60,000 nt of DNA. Origin: Callorhinchus milii. Lineage: Eukaryota. Shown here one piece after another: positions 26,369-40,260 of this stretch. Each line of letters opens with the position of its first letter. Position 1 is the first letter of the stretch. Location: NCBI RefSeq assembly GCF_018977255.1, contig NW_024704743.1, positions 104,968,001 to 105,028,000 on the forward strand. Reading direction: 5' to 3'. The position numbers were made by a program, and so were the translations under genes. The notes beneath the pieces are model-generated. The model saw nothing but the letters and a program-made list of their open reading frames with translations. It had not been told where the DNA came from and made no database searches.

Positions 26369-27575
26369 TCATAGAATCATAGAATTATACAGCACAGAAG
26401 GAGGCCATTCAGCCCATCGTGTCTGTACCAGCTCTTTGATAAGAACAATCCAAATCAACCCAACTCCCCCCATTCTCTCCCCATAGTCCTGCAAACTTGT
26501 CCCCCCAAATATTATCTACTTCTTTCTTAAATTTTGTTAACGAATTGGCTTCCACCAACCTTTCAGGCAATGCATTCCAGATCCGAACCACCCACAGTGT
26601 GAAAACATTTCTTCTCACTCCCCTCTGTTTCTTTTAACAACTATTTTAAATCGGTGTCCTCGGGTTACTGATCCACCCGCCAGTGGAAATAGTTTCTCCT
26701 TGTTCACTCTATCGAATCTCTTCATCATTTTGAAAACTTCTATTAAGTCTCCTCTTAACCTTCTCTGCTCCAAGCAGAATAATCCTAGCTTCTCTAGCCT
26801 CTCCTGATAACTGAAGTCCCTCATTCCTGGTACCAACCTGGTAAATCTCCTTTGCACCCTCTCCAATGCCTAGACATCCTTCCTAAAGTGTGATGGCCAG
26901 AACTGAACACAATACTCTCGCTGAGGCCTAACCAGTATTTTATAAAGATTCATCATAACTTCCTGACTTCTGTATTCTATGCTCCTATTTATAAAGACTA
27001 GTAACCCGTATGCTTTTTAACAGCTTTATTTACCTGTCCTGCCACCTTCAAAGATTTACTTATATGAACCCCCAGATCTCTCTGTTCCTTCACCCCCTTT
27101 AAGATTGTACCATCAGCTTACATTGCCTCTCCTCATTCTTCCTCCCAAAACGCATCACTTCGCATTTCTCCACATTAAACTTCATTTGCCGTGTGTCTGC
27201 CCATTTTACCAGTCTGTCTATGTCCTCTTGCAGTCTGCTGCAATCCTCCTCACCATTTCCTTCTTTTCCTAACTTAGTATCATCTGCAAACTTGGAAATT
27301 GTACTCCATAAACCCAAGTCTAGGTCATTTATATAGATCAAAAACAGCAGTGGTCCCAATATCGAGCCCTGGGGGACACCACTGCACACTACCCTCCAGT
27401 CAGAAAAATATTTACCACAACTCTCTGCTTTCTGTCTCCCAGACGGTTCTGTATCCATGCTGCCACTGTCCCTTTAATACCGTGGGTTTACCAGTCTCTT
27501 ATGTGGCACTTTACCAAATACCTTTAGAAAATCCATATAAACTACATCAACTGCACTACCTTTATCCACCCTACC
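26369..27575 (-). mobile_element. CR1-clade LINE 3' fragment
   Basis: GVPQGSILGPLLFLIYINDL, KFADDTKL, LEQRRLRGDLIEVFK, and (TTCTATGA)n-type tail. Confidence 0.9.
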
Positions 27576-28033
27576 CTCTGTTATTTCATTGTAATTCACA
27601 CTGTAATTCTGAAAATGCGATATTGTCACATTGTCAGAGTTTCCATTCCTGACGGTCTCTCGGTCAATAAGTGACCACTGGTGAACATCATTTTGTGAAA
27701 ATGGACAGAACCAATGTCATTTTAGCACCATTGAGACACTATTGAACCTGCCAGTCTATATATCCCAATACTTGTGTTGCTTCACAGAACACCAGTTAAC
27801 TCAAACTTAAAAGAGACACATTTTGGTATCTGAGGCATTTGTCATTTACATGTCCTTTTGCGAATCTCGCAAATTAGACCCCTGATATACAATCAATTGA
27901 TCTGTCGAAGGAATACACATCTACAAAATAATTGGACTTCGTGGGTAGAAGGAGAGCGTTACCAATAGTCAGAAGTTAACAGACATGGAAATGACCCACA
28001 CACAACACTATGAAATGGAAAACCTTCTGTTAC

Positions 28034-28270
28034 CTCTTTTTCCTCTTCTTGATGCATCTGTGCTTTAGTGTAATTGACAGGTGCATCCCATCCTTCCTGT
28101 TCACACAATGCCTGGTAATATTGAGGAGTTATTAAGATGCTGTTCAGGTAGGAGGGTGAGCAATTCGGAGTGGGTAGTGTGGAAGTCATGGGAGCAACTT
28201 TGTCTCTGTGTCTTTGCTTGTTCATGCTCAAGTCAAGGGTTCCATTTTCATCGACCTCTATATCAGCATT
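28034..28270 (-). CDS. ST18: ST18 exon, NADIEVDENGTLDLSM...WDAPVNYTK...
   Basis: tttgctttag acceptor, GAG|gtaaca donor. DENGTLDLSM motif. Confidence 0.93.
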
Positions 28271-29174
28271 CTAAAGCAAAAGATCCTGTTAGTAACTGTT
28301 AGTATTCAATGTATGTGTAGCACTGTATTTTAAACCTGTAGTGCATTTTAAGGGCTGCATTACTTTGAAGATTTTTCGGAGATGCTGAATTGGTAGGGTG
28401 GCATTAAAGTTTCATGTCCTGCTTCCAATGAATCTAATCCAGTGGTTCCAACTGATGATCAGTTCTGGCCGAGGACCGTTTCGTGTTTCGGTTCAACAAA
28501 GTCATTTTAAGGTGATTCTTAAATTATTCCTTTTCTACAGACTAAAACTAAAATCAGTAATATTTCGCAGGAAATCAGGAGGGTGGGATTTGGGGGCAGA
28601 TTTCCTTTACAATTTCTTCAAAGCATGTCGCAGAATTTTACTGTGAAGTGTAGTGACTATGTGATTTGTAGGCGAATCACACCGTACCCTGATTTCTGGT
28701 GCATATTGCAACATTTTCCCCCCCAAAAATCAAAATGATTCCTTATCTCTCTCTGAGAATATACAATTAGCAAGACTTGCACCTTTCTGATTATTGATTG
28801 TAACACGATGATTTAATCTGCAGTATTTCTTCATAGGATTGCTCTATAAGGAATATTGTTAGAACTCCTATTGACTCGCAAGAACTGCTCCGCAAGTAGA
28901 AATATTGCACCGTTGGAGGTGCTGTTCTTCGGATGAGATGTTAAGTTGAGTTCAGGTGGACATTAATTATCTCATGCAATTATTTGAAAAGAGATGGACG
29001 TTTCTTCAGGAGTCCTGGTCAACAATCACTCCAAAATAATTGTTCACTCACTCCATGGCTGCTGTGGCACATTGGGATGCGTAGATTGCCTGCCACATTC
29101 ATCCACAACACACAGTCAATCCGTTTTACAGTGAATGTTGTGAAGCATTTGGGGATGCCCTCCTGATGTGAGGC

Positions 29175-29470
29175 AGAGAAACTCCAAGATGGAGTTCCAG
29201 AGAGAGGTGGTGGAATAGCTGAAAGCTCCCCCACCATCGGTGGGACAGACAGATCAGTCAGGAGATATGAAACAGACTGGTGTTCACTGAACAAAGCGGA
29301 GGTAGTTTGCAGAGTGTAGGAGGTCGCAGAGGTAGGTAGAAGTGAGGTTGTGAAGGGATTTGAATAAGAGGATGAGGATCTTGAACTCGATCTGCTGTGG
29401 GATGGGAGCCAGTGGAGCTAAACGAGGATGGGGGGGTGATAGGCTCATGGAGCCTGGTGCGGGGGAGGAG
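29175..29470 (-). mobile_element. Older L2 fragment
   Basis: PQQIEFKILILLFKSLHNL remnant. Confidence 0.65.
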
Positions 29471-30834
29471 ACGAATAGATGGCATTGCAGACCATTCTTT
29501 CTATTTAAAACTGGCATTAATGGAAAATGATATTTTCTCGCTAACATGTAATAGCTTTCAGCAAGAGTTGATTGACTGCTAAGAACCTCTGGGTTGCATT
29601 TGCATCCGAAGTGACAGGTTGATTTGCCTGTAACATCGCACTACTCTTTGTGCCATTGCACAGATGTGAAAAAAAGTCAAATCAATTTTTGTTGGCATGA
29701 AAGAATCATACAGCTCATCTTCGATCCTTATAGCCCTTTCAACGGAAAGGCTTAATCTGGTGTGATAGATTTTAAGGACATGTGATGTTGGTAAGTACAA
29801 AACACTGCCTCCACACCCTCGATCCAGCATTGAAGCTTATCCTGGATAATAACTTCTGATAACATATCATCCCATCTGTATAATACCAACTGTCATTTAA
29901 TAATAATATTACACAATGATTCTTTGTTATTTACATGGCATTACAAGATGGCAATCTTTGACCCCTTGGATTCTGAAGGTACTCATGCTATTTCTTCTTT
30001 GTTGAAAAGATCAAAAGTGCACACTTTAAAATAGCATGACTGAGGCTAAATCTTCAACACAGATCACACGGACATTTCCACATTGTAAACCTCAGGATGG
30101 GATTTTTATACCAGTGCAATCCAAGCACCAGATGTGATAGAATTTGCTACTGTCGATTGGCAGATCGCTTTTCTGACGGTAATAATTCCTTCAAAAATAA
30201 TAATAAATTAGCCACTACAATCCACGACTGATTGTGGGATCCTGCTGTGTGCAATTGGCTGCCGCATTTTGCCCAAAAATACAGTCAATTCACTTTACAA
30301 TATATTCTGTGAAGCGCTTTGAGATGTCTTGAAGACGTGATAAGCCGTTATATCAAATGCAACAATTATTATTATTATTAACTATGGAAAGACAGCTCAA
30401 CTTAAGAATTAATTCAACAATTTGCCAAATTCTGCATGGGATCTTTAGCTCTATCTAAACAGGCAGACATGTAAACTAGGTTTAACATTTCATCTGAATT
30501 TTTTGTTTTTGTTTTTGTCAGCTGGGTGTCTCACACATGCAGAAACCCATCACCATGCTTAAAAGTATCCAAACCAAGCTGAGATTTCCATGATTCCCAT
30601 CTTCACATGGAAATGCCAGAGATAGATTTTTGGAATGCATACTCTCTCCCTGGAGGGATGCATTCTGCTTACCTAATTTCAGAAAGTATTTGGAGCAGGT
30701 TGGTAAGAGCCAAGGTTTGGGGACACCAGAGTGTGCATCGGGGTACTGCTAGAGTCTAACCAGCTAAAACCACATAGCTTGCCATTGATATTGCTATCTG
30801 GGAAGCTTTCCCACTGCTTTTCAAGCTAGGACCT

Positions 30835-31277
30835 GTTAGGGTTTGGCTTACAGGGTTAACAGGAACTGAGTGGGATGACTCTCTGGCCCCAGTGACGAGT
30901 CTGCCTTTCCAGGTCCTGCCGATGAGCCAGGCTGGCTGTGCTATCATCAGCAATGCCCTGGAATACTGCGGACCCGCCTGGCTCAGGAACCGGATTACCG
31001 AGACCACAGAGGGTTGGCTGATTCTGACATTCCATTGCCAGGCATGTCACCTTGGAGCCAGTTCAGCTCCAAGGAGACCCCACTTACCTCCCACCTCCAA
31101 AGAGGATAGTCACTAGTTAGTCTTTCAACATCCGACAAGCGCGAGTTTGAGCCTCACTAGGTAGATGATAGATACATGGAACTCCCTGCAAGCTTCCCAG
31201 TGGGCAACTCATCTCAGCATGAAATGGGTGAGCGCATTGCTACTGTCTTCCTGTGCACAGCTTGGACACACATCCCT
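30835..31277 (-). repeat. Dispersed repeat, copy 2
   Basis: Translates to DVCPSCAQEDSSNALTHFMLR*. Confidence 0.65.
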
Positions 31278-32566
31278 GAAGGATCATCTGAAGGACAGCA
31301 CCTCCAACAATACAGCACATCCCAGCCTGGTATTGGAGTGTCAGCATAGACTTGTGAGCTCAGAGTCTCAATGTGGGGCTTGAACAACCTTGTGACTCAG
31401 AGACGAGAGTGATAGCAGATAAACAAGGCTGATACTCAAACATCCCATCTTCATATTACAGAATTAAGGCTTCAGTACACAAGAAAGTAAGTTGGTCTCT
31501 GTGTTCTAGATCTCCTATCCAGAGCTATCTACTCTAAACCATTACTTGTACCCAATACTCTTTAAAAATATTTTTCTACAATTCCTTTTTCAATACAGTG
31601 TTGGACTTGGCTTCAACAGCCATTTGTGATAAGGCACTTAACATTCCAACAACCTTGTGTGTGAACAGAAATTCTTCTTAACCTCAGCACAACGCCATAT
31701 GGTTTCAAACATGACTGGCCAACTCCATCTACATTTCAAATGAAGTGAAAGAATAACAGACGTCACCATTTCCGTCAGGAGGTCACACAAGTACACCCAT
31801 ATCTGTTAAGCTTTTTGTTTATTGTATTACAGACTGCTACTCTATTAACTAGTGCCAGTGTATCTTTTTTATCTGAAGCATGTAACCAACATTGTAGACA
31901 CATTAGACCTGGACTGCACTTAGGGCCAAAATTATTGAATAATTTTATTCTTTCCAGTTAATGCACCTTGTTGTCTCCCACATTGTGTGAGACTCAGACC
32001 TCAGTGAAGATGAAATCTATTTTGACGTATAATTGTCAAAGTTTAATTGTTGGTTTTTTGAATTCATTTGATTCCAACAGCAGGGTTATTTTAATTACTG
32101 CATAAATTTCTCAGGCAATGTTAAGAGTATCACGTGTGATGGGGTACTCTAAACTCAGACATCAATGTGGTAGAACTCTGTTATCGCTCTCTTCATTAGA
32201 ACATGGGTTCAGACAATATATATTGCTTCTCCAGCACTGAATTGGAGTGTCACTCTGGACTGTGAGTTCAAAGTCCTGACAGGAAGTTTAAACCCACAAC
32301 CATCAAACTTAGAGGTGAGAGTTCTACCAACTGAGCCAGTTGACTCAACTCAATTGAAGTGAATGAATTTGTAGCACTGCTCTGACTTATTGCTCACACT
32401 TGATTTTCTTGATAGCTATTCAACTGCAAACAAATACAAGCATTGGTTATTCAGGCAATACTAAGATGAATGCCCCCATTTAAATCTGTGCATTGAGAAC
32501 ATTTCAGTTTGACTCTCTTCAGTAAGGCATTGACAGAGGTCTACTGTCCAACGCGTAGCATCTCAC

Positions 32567-32769
32567 CTTGGTGGACAGGTCTTGTGGCTTTGTGGAGAGA
32601 TTCTGTGGCATCTCCCGACAACGCGTGGATAAGTTCAGAATAGCCGCAGCTGCTAAGTGAGTGGCTTCGGCATCGTGGCTATAGCTGTAGAGGCCTGAAT
32701 GGCATTGACTCTGCACCGAGGCACTGGACAGTCGGCTGGAGGAGGTCACAGCACTTGAAAAATGTTTGG
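32567..32769 (-). CDS. ST18: ST18 exon, MYT1-domain region ([28 protein letters not shown])
   Basis: tttaccag acceptor, AAG|gtgaga donor. Confidence 0.93.
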
Positions 32770-33118
32770 CTGGTAAACAGAATCAAGTAAGATGTAGATT
32801 GAGGTTCATTATTTCAGCTTTATCTTATTTAGTTTGAACTCAACACATTTCCTATATTTAAATAATTATTCTATTTTATCTGATGTGACAGATACATATA
32901 CAGATGTATATACATATACAGAAACAAACTGATGACTAAACAGAACTTCAACAGAACTCATTTTATTTAAATAATAATAATCCTTACTTGGAGCATTGAA
33001 GTATAGAAGGTTATTATATGGAGCAAGGATGTGGGATCAGAGCAAACACCACCAATGTGAGTGTGTACCATAGATACAGATCTGAAAGTCCTGTTTCTGT
33101 GATGGTGTTTCTATGATT

Positions 33119-34010
33119 CTACAACAACAACAACAACAAAGTCCTTTGGAGGACATCCCAAGGCCCTGGATATTGAAGGGTTTGGACTCGAGCTGGGGGC
33201 CGGAGTCAAGAGGGGTGGAGGGCAAGCGGGGTGGAGGCATGGTCAAAGTAATTCAAGGCACAGTCAAAGAGGAAGGTCTTGAGACAGGCTTTGAAGGAGG
33301 TAAGGGAAGGGATGAGGAGGAGGGACTCTGAGATGGTGTTCCAGAGGGTGGGGGCGGAATGGTGGAGCGGGCAGGACAAGGGACATAGAGAAGGCCAGTG
33401 CCTGCCAAACGGAGGGAGCAGGCAGGTTGGTAACATTTTAGTAGATCACAGAGATAAGGAGGAGCAAGACCATTGAGGGCTTTAAAATTGAGGATGAGGA
33501 TCATCATACTCGACCCTCTGGGGGTGGAGAGCAATTGTAGCTGGGCGGGAATGGGGTGATCGACTCACAGAGCTTACTGCGGGAGAGGACATGAGCTGCA
33601 GAGTTCTGAATAATCTGCAGCTTGTGGAGGGAAGAGTTGTCTGGCAAGCAGGAGTTAGCATAGTCAAACCTGGATGCGATGAAAGCATGAAAGCATGGCA
33701 GCCTCTAAGGAAGAGATAGAGGCAGAGGCGGGCAATGTTGCTAAGGTGGGGGAAAGCAGAATTGGTCTGGGTGTCAAGTTTAAAAAGATAGTTGAGCATT
33801 GAACAAGACACCAGATTCCATACTGGCTTAGTGAGGCGCATCCATGAATAGTGATGCTGTCAGCGTCTGAGGTGAGGAGGTGCTCACAGGAGACAAGCAG
33901 GTGGACCTGGCCTTGTCGACATTCAACTGGAGAAAATTGACTCTCATCCAGGACTTGATGCCTGACAGACAATCTGTTGGGACAGTAGTAGTCCTGGAGT
34001 CGAGGGTGGT
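33119..34010 (-). mobile_element. Older degenerate L2 fragment
   Basis: Frameshifted L2 ORF2 C-terminal motifs and (CAA)n tail. Confidence 0.75.
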
Positions 34011-34510
34011 GACAGAGAGTTGACTGAGTCATTATGGGAGAAAAATGCAGAATTTCATACTAGAATTAATGTAATAATAATGTTATTATTAACAATAATA
34101 CTAATCCTTCCATTTTATATATGATCCTTCATATCAGGAAGACATCTCAAATTGCTTCAAATGATTCTCTGTAAAGTGCAGTGTTTGTGTACTTTTTCTG
34201 TACACAGGCGAACATGTCAGCCAACTTTGAGTACAGCATTGCCTCACAAATAGCGTTGAAAACATAGCGGCAAATATGTAAAAAGGGTGGATGAAATTTC
34301 CCAAGATAAAGAACCAATCGGGGGGGTGGGGATTGGGGGAGGTCAATACTATTTAATTGATAGACCAGAATACATTTCTAATAGGTTATTAATTTTATTT
34401 CAAAATAAGTAACCCATTTAAAAGGGTCCTGATCTAAAAGATGTCAGCAATTCATTTGCTTCCATTGAATTTTTTTTATTTTATAGCAACAGTTTTACTC
34501 CAGTGCTTAC

Positions 34511-34713
34511 CTTCATACATCTGAAGAGCTTCTCGTTCTTTTAATGTGACTGTATGCTTCCCAAATACTTGGGCATCAAAGCTCGCATAGTCAAAGGGAG
34601 CTTTAGTGCACTTATCCAGCTCCTTTGGAAGGTTGGCTCGAGGTGTGCTAAATGGCTGTGAGGGTCCATAGTTGAACGGGGGAATCTCCAGTTGTTTCAC
34701 CAGACACATCGGT
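34511..34713 (-). CDS. ST18: ST18 exon, PMCLVKQLEIP...PFDYASFDAQVFGK
   Basis: ttctatag acceptor, G|gtaagc donor. Conserved MYT1-family motifs. Confidence 0.92.
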
Positions 34714-34894
34714 CTATAGAAAAGACAGACCAGCTGTGAGCTGCTTGAGTTATTCTTTTTTATTGATTCAATATTTCCTCTCCCAACTTTACGCAAGGCT
34801 TCTTGGTTGAGAGGCTATTCTATCTTTTCACCACCTCAATCGATTTCAATTGGGTAAATTTAGTGTAAGATTCATTGTAATAAAAATCCCGCTC

Positions 34895-35255
34895 ACAGCT
34901 CACAGGGAGTTCCTGGTACATGCCATCTATCTAGTGAGGCTCAAACCTGTGCTTGTCAGATTTCAAATGATCAACTACTGACTATCCTCCTTGGTGGGGA
35001 GGTAAGCACGGTCTCCTTGGAGCTGAACTGGCGCCTGGTGATACGTTTGGAAACAAATCTCAGAATCGTGCCAACCCTTAGAGGCAGGCTCGGTAGTCCA
35101 ATTCCTGAGCCAGGCGGATCCGAAGTACCCCAGACCACTGCTGATGACAGCATAGCACAGCCAGCCATCGACAGTACCTGGAAGGGCAGACCAGTCAGTG
35201 GAGGCATGGACTCTTCCCACTTAGCTTCAGTTAACCCTGAAAACCAAAGCTCTAA
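34895..35255 (+). repeat. Dispersed repeat, copy 3
   Basis: Shares ctagtgaggctcaaac, ctccttggagctgaactgg, gttaaccctg. Confidence 0.65.
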
Positions 35256-35339
35256 CGGTACCATTAATTTACTTCCAGTGGTAACATTGCACTGCAAGAT
35301 GACATGGCTTCTACTGAGAAAATAGTACGGGAATCCTAC

Positions 35340-35441
35340 CTGAGCACTCGGTCAGAGCTCTGTCCAACCTTTGGCACATCACTTTGTTTTTCCTGCAATT
35401 TAGCCAGCTTCTCTGCTGCAGCAATCGGACAACCAGAGAGG
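35340..35441 (-). CDS. ST18: ST18 exon, [18 protein letters not shown]...DRVLR
   Basis: ttaacag acceptor, AG|gtagg donor. Completes finger 2. Confidence 0.93.
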
Positions 35442-35680
35442 CTGTTAAGAAAAACAAATCAGTAAAATCCCCCAGTTAGGGAAGACATTTTCAAGATAGA
35501 TTCTGAGAGATTTCTTTCATTCTGACAAACAGTTAAGCAGTAACGTTCTGCAGTTTAATTTCTTCTTTTTAAACCAAACAACTGTTTCCTGATAGTAAAC
35601 TATCAAATTACAAAAAAGTCTCTCTAAACTCAAGATTAAGACTGAATACCAACAAACAGTTCCAAGGAAATGCGTGCTAT

Positions 35681-35993
35681 TAATAATAATAATCCTTGAA
35701 TTTGATATAGGACCTTATCACATTGTTAAGATGTCTCAAAGTGAATAGATTGTATTTTGTTGACGAAATGCAGTAGCCAATTATGACAGCAGTGTCTCAC
35801 AAACAGTTGTGGATTATTACCCCCAGAAAGCGATCCATCAATTGACTAACAACCGGGTTCCTACTTACTGCTGGGAAAACAGAGGCACGTGGAGTAAGGA
35901 AACTTGCCTGAGGTTTCACCCTGCCCAGTAATCGACCCCGGGTTTTCTAGATTGTGAGGCAAGTGCTTTAATCAATACTCTATAGGACTCCAC
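35681..35993 (-). mobile_element. Older SINE subfamily copy with a longer central domain
   Basis: Same GTGGAGTCCT head and (ATT)n tail, different middle. Confidence 0.75.
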
Positions 35994-36464
35994 AAGACTA
36001 TTTCCCTGAGTCAGTGTTTTTTTGAGTTTTCAGCTCACACACTGGGGACTAATTTGCGACATTAGTTAAACGATTTGTAAAAAGTGAATATGTAATTAAT
36101 GAACTCCCTCCTTCCCCTCTCGCCAAAATGAGAGATTTGTCTTTTGCAGCTCAAGCACCTTGAAAGTGAGAACAGAACAATCTGACTTCTTAAGACAGCC
36201 CTCGGGGAAGCTTGATTTCTGCCAAATGTGCTTCCACTGATCCCAAACCCAACCTCTCAGGCTAACACAAGAGCCTCAATCCAGTGCATACCACCCTTTT
36301 TACAAATATTGCAAATTGTGCCCACTGTTACAGTGAAACTAGCCTTAATATTAAAGTATTGAAGCTATTGAGATCACAAGCGTTAGCTTCAATGTTGTAA
36401 TGTTCACTCTAAAAGGCTAAGTGATGTTTATTTCAAAATGTCCAAGTAACTATAGAAGTAAACT

Positions 36465-36783
36465 TGGAGTCCTGTAGCTCAGTGGTTAGAGCACTCGCTT
36501 TGCAAGCGAGAGACCGGAATTCAATTCCAGGCAGGGCGAAACTTGGGCAAGTTTCCTTACTCCACACGCCTAATATTAATCCCTCCAAAACCAAAAACAA
36601 TAAGAAAGTGGTCATTTTCAATCCACGACTGTTTGTGGGACATTGCTGTACGCAATTCGCTGCCGCGTTCGCCCACAAATATACAGTGAATTCACTTTAC
36701 AGTGTGTTCTGTGAAGCGCTTTGGGACGTCCTCCCGACGTGAATAGTGCTACATCAAATGCAAGGATTATTATTATTATTATT
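36465..36783 (+). mobile_element. Full-length SINE, same family
   Basis: Highly similar to 11008-11336 throughout. Confidence 0.9.
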
Positions 36784-37357
36784 AAACTGTTTAATACTGT
36801 TTGCCATTTTTTGTCATCTTTCCTCCCCACTCTTCTTCCTCATTCTATCTCTGACCCATTTTTATTAGTTCCAGTTTTTCTAACCAGTCAAACCTAATTT
36901 TTGTTTTGATGTCTTCCCTTCCTCCTCATTAAAACTCTTGACTTGTTTCATTCTCCTCCTGGTTCCACCATTGATGTTGGAAGGGGAAGAAGCTGCCAAA
37001 CCAATTGTTTCCTCTTTGATTGAAGACTGGTTTCAAAGGATGTTGTTTCAGACACTTAAATGATCAAGGCAGAAAATTGAAGCAGCTACATCATGGATCA
37101 ACAGGTCCATTTCTGCTGCATGTAAACATCTCAAATGTAGAAGAGCTGCATTAATCCAGATATACTCATCAGCAACCCACAAATCAAGAGCAGACAGAGG
37201 ATTTAAGAATTAATAACCGCACAAGATACCTTTTAATCCTTTTTGTGTAAAAGGGGCTTGAAATCTGTGATAAAAGAAGCAATGTATCCCAGTGACTGGG
37301 CCATTCTCCAATTTACTGACATTATCAATATGAACTCACGTACACAATACAAACTTA

Positions 37358-37537
<180 letters not shown>

Positions 37538-38933
37538 CTATGCTGGGTGCCAGGTCCTCCACTGGAACTTACTGTTCTAATCCAAATTTCCTGTTCCCTC
37601 CCTATATCCTTTTATATTGTTCCTCTTCAATTATTTATTCAATTCCCTTTTAAATGTAGTTATGGTCTTCACCTCAATTTCTATGTGTTAATAATTCTCT
37701 GTGTGAATCATTCATTTCTACCATCCCTTAATTCCTGCGGTGACAATCCTGAGTTTTTGTTTTCTTTCAGTAATGGTTGCAAATTCTTATGCAAAAATAA
37801 TTACATTAATTCCACAGGCTGTTTTCTCATTGATCAAATACAAATAGAGCATGTATGAGAATGTCATTGCTTAAAAGAGAAAGGTAAAGGTTTAAATAAA
37901 GGCTTAAATTCCCAGTATATTGTGCACTAGTTTTATTTTGCCATCTATTGCAACTTAACATAATCATACCGAGTGACAGAGTAATAGGGGGGGGGAGGCG
38001 GAGGGGTGTGTGTGGGGACTGCTCCCCCAGTGGCCTTTACGTGTACATAGGGCGCCTTTACCTCCCACTCCACTTCTCTTCCCGTCGTTCTCAGTACTGC
38101 CTCGCACGAGATTGTAGGAGGCACGAGACAGTGTGGAAAGCAATGGGAAGAAAGCTGAAGCAGAGGGTATGAGGCAGCGCAGATGGAAATGGGAAGAGAA
38201 GCGGAAGGTATCCGATGAATGATGTGAGGAGAGCTGTAGCAGGAGGTATGAGGAATCGCAGAGAGCGATGGAAAAGTGGCGCCACTAATGACCCATTGCC
38301 CCCCATTCCAACCCACCCCCACCCCTTCGGTTGGAAAACCTGCTTATCCAGTGCAGTTAGACAACAAGGACACAACTCACAGTTGATGGCTTGTTCACTT
38401 TGACATGGCGTGAAACTGACGCCATTCTACAACAAACCTATGAAAGGTTCTATCAGTGTACAGCAGCAGCATGTGTGTATGCAGGATACAGATTTAAGAA
38501 TCACTAAACCTCAGAAGTCCTCCTCCCCTTTGCCATGTGCTGCTTTTGGGATCATTGAGTGATGAGGAGAGAGCATGTGCTGAATTCATATCAATCATTA
38601 GGTTTGCCAAGTAGAACATTTGGTCTGTAAGTTTAAACCCATATGTTCATTTGAAATGTAGCCAGTTCTCAGATTCCAATTGCTTAATTACTCTAAGTTT
38701 AAATATTGCACATATAATTTTTTTGCTTCAAATTGTAACAGCAGAGATTTCCCTATGTTGGTAACACAATGGAAAGAGTTAATATGATTAACAACAAGAA
38801 TAAAAAAATTGCATTTATATAGTGCCCTTCATGCAGGGTAGTGTCTCGGAGCACTTAAATCAGTATTCGGCCAAATCAATATCAATACTAGGTCTGACAT
38901 TATCAGAGCTGGGTTGCACTGTTGGCTACTCAC

Positions 38934-39068
38934 TGTCTGGTGGCACTCTCATTTTGTGAGGGCAGCCAGAGAGACTCCGGTGATGGGGATAGAGCCCAGT
39001 TATGTGACCACTGCCATCGCAGCCTGGAGTTGGGCACCTGGATTCCTTTTTGTCACATCGAATAGAAT
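38934..39068 (-). CDS. ST18: ST18 exon, CCHHC finger 1 ([28 protein letters not shown])
   Basis: tttcacag acceptor, A|gtgagt donor, canonical finger. Confidence 0.95.
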
Positions 39069-39242
39069 CTGTGAAATTCACCAAAGCACCAGCAGTCAGT
39101 TAAGTAGCACAGACCCTTCCAGCTGGTCAGCCCTCCAGCACAAATGCTACTTGACATTTAACTGATGCCAGGAGGGTTGGGAGCATTCAGCATTCAAAAG
39201 CATGGAAATGTAAGGGAAAATGTTAGGAAATATCCTTCAAAG

Positions 39243-39839
39243 GGGTCTAATTTGCAGCATTTCTTAACTGGATTTTCCATGTGTAGGTAGCATGCATGGA
39301 ACACTCAGACTAGTGACCATACTCAGGCATAGTGATGGATTTCCTCATGCGTCACACATCAGTTGACCGGAAGAAATCTTACCTGGATTCCCTAATAAGG
39401 AATCTGTGTCACGCAAAAGGGGCTCCTTCTGGTGCCAGGAAACATCTCCCATGGGAACCCTGCTCCAATGTGAGAGGCCTGAGGCAGATCACAACAGATT
39501 TGTAATAATCCTTACGATTGATACAGTGCCTTACACGTAGTTGAGACATCTCATAGTGTTTCACAGGATGTACTGTGAAGTGATGTGACTATGTGTATTT
39601 TGTGGGTGAATGGGGCAGCCAATTTGCACACAAGAAGGTCCCACAAACAACCTCGGAGTGAGTGATCAATCTTATCTGGGGGATTGTTGACCAGGACACT
39701 GGGAGAAACTCCCTTCTCTTTTTGAATGCCAGGTGATCGTTAACATCCACCTGGTTTCAAGTCTCATCCAAAGGATTTCCTGGGTGCCAACAAAAATTCT
39801 AAATGAATTCCTTATTAAGAAATACCGCAAATTAGACCC
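39243..39839. mobile_element. Non-autonomous DNA transposon (MITE) with nested Deu-SINE (~39500-39775)
   Basis: TIR GGGTCTAATTTGC(A/G)G(C/T)ATTTCTTAA at both ends. The same terminus recurs at 27869-27882. Confidence 0.65.
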
Positions 39840-40260
39840 ATTATCATTTTAGATTGTTATTTCTACTGGTGCTACTTACCTGCCTCTGTGCACTTTGCCT
39901 CATTGTATTTCAAACATCTTCCACACAATAATATTATGCTTTATACCTGAAACTGTGTTGCAATTTTGGAAAGTCAAATAACCACCCAAAAAGGCAGCGG
40001 TCTTATCCATGAATCCAATGTAGAGTTGGTTTCTTATAGTAAGGAATAGGCAACATTAACCCAATCAAAAAGTACCATTGCATGAAATATTAAAAAATGA
40101 AAGTTTAAGAAAAATATTGTTAACATCAACTCAGACAGATTTAAACAATGAATGAAGAATTCTCTGCTGATTGCTAAATATAAGCAATCTTTTGATGGGA
40201 ATCAAAGATGTTTTTTGTGTTGGCAGGTTATTTGAAATTGGCTGTAAAAGTAGCAATAGA

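Noticed and set aside
37960..38330. GC-rich purine-biased segment with a GTGGCGCCAC palindrome
   Set aside because: Possibly a decayed transposon, but I could not establish TIRs or a second copy.
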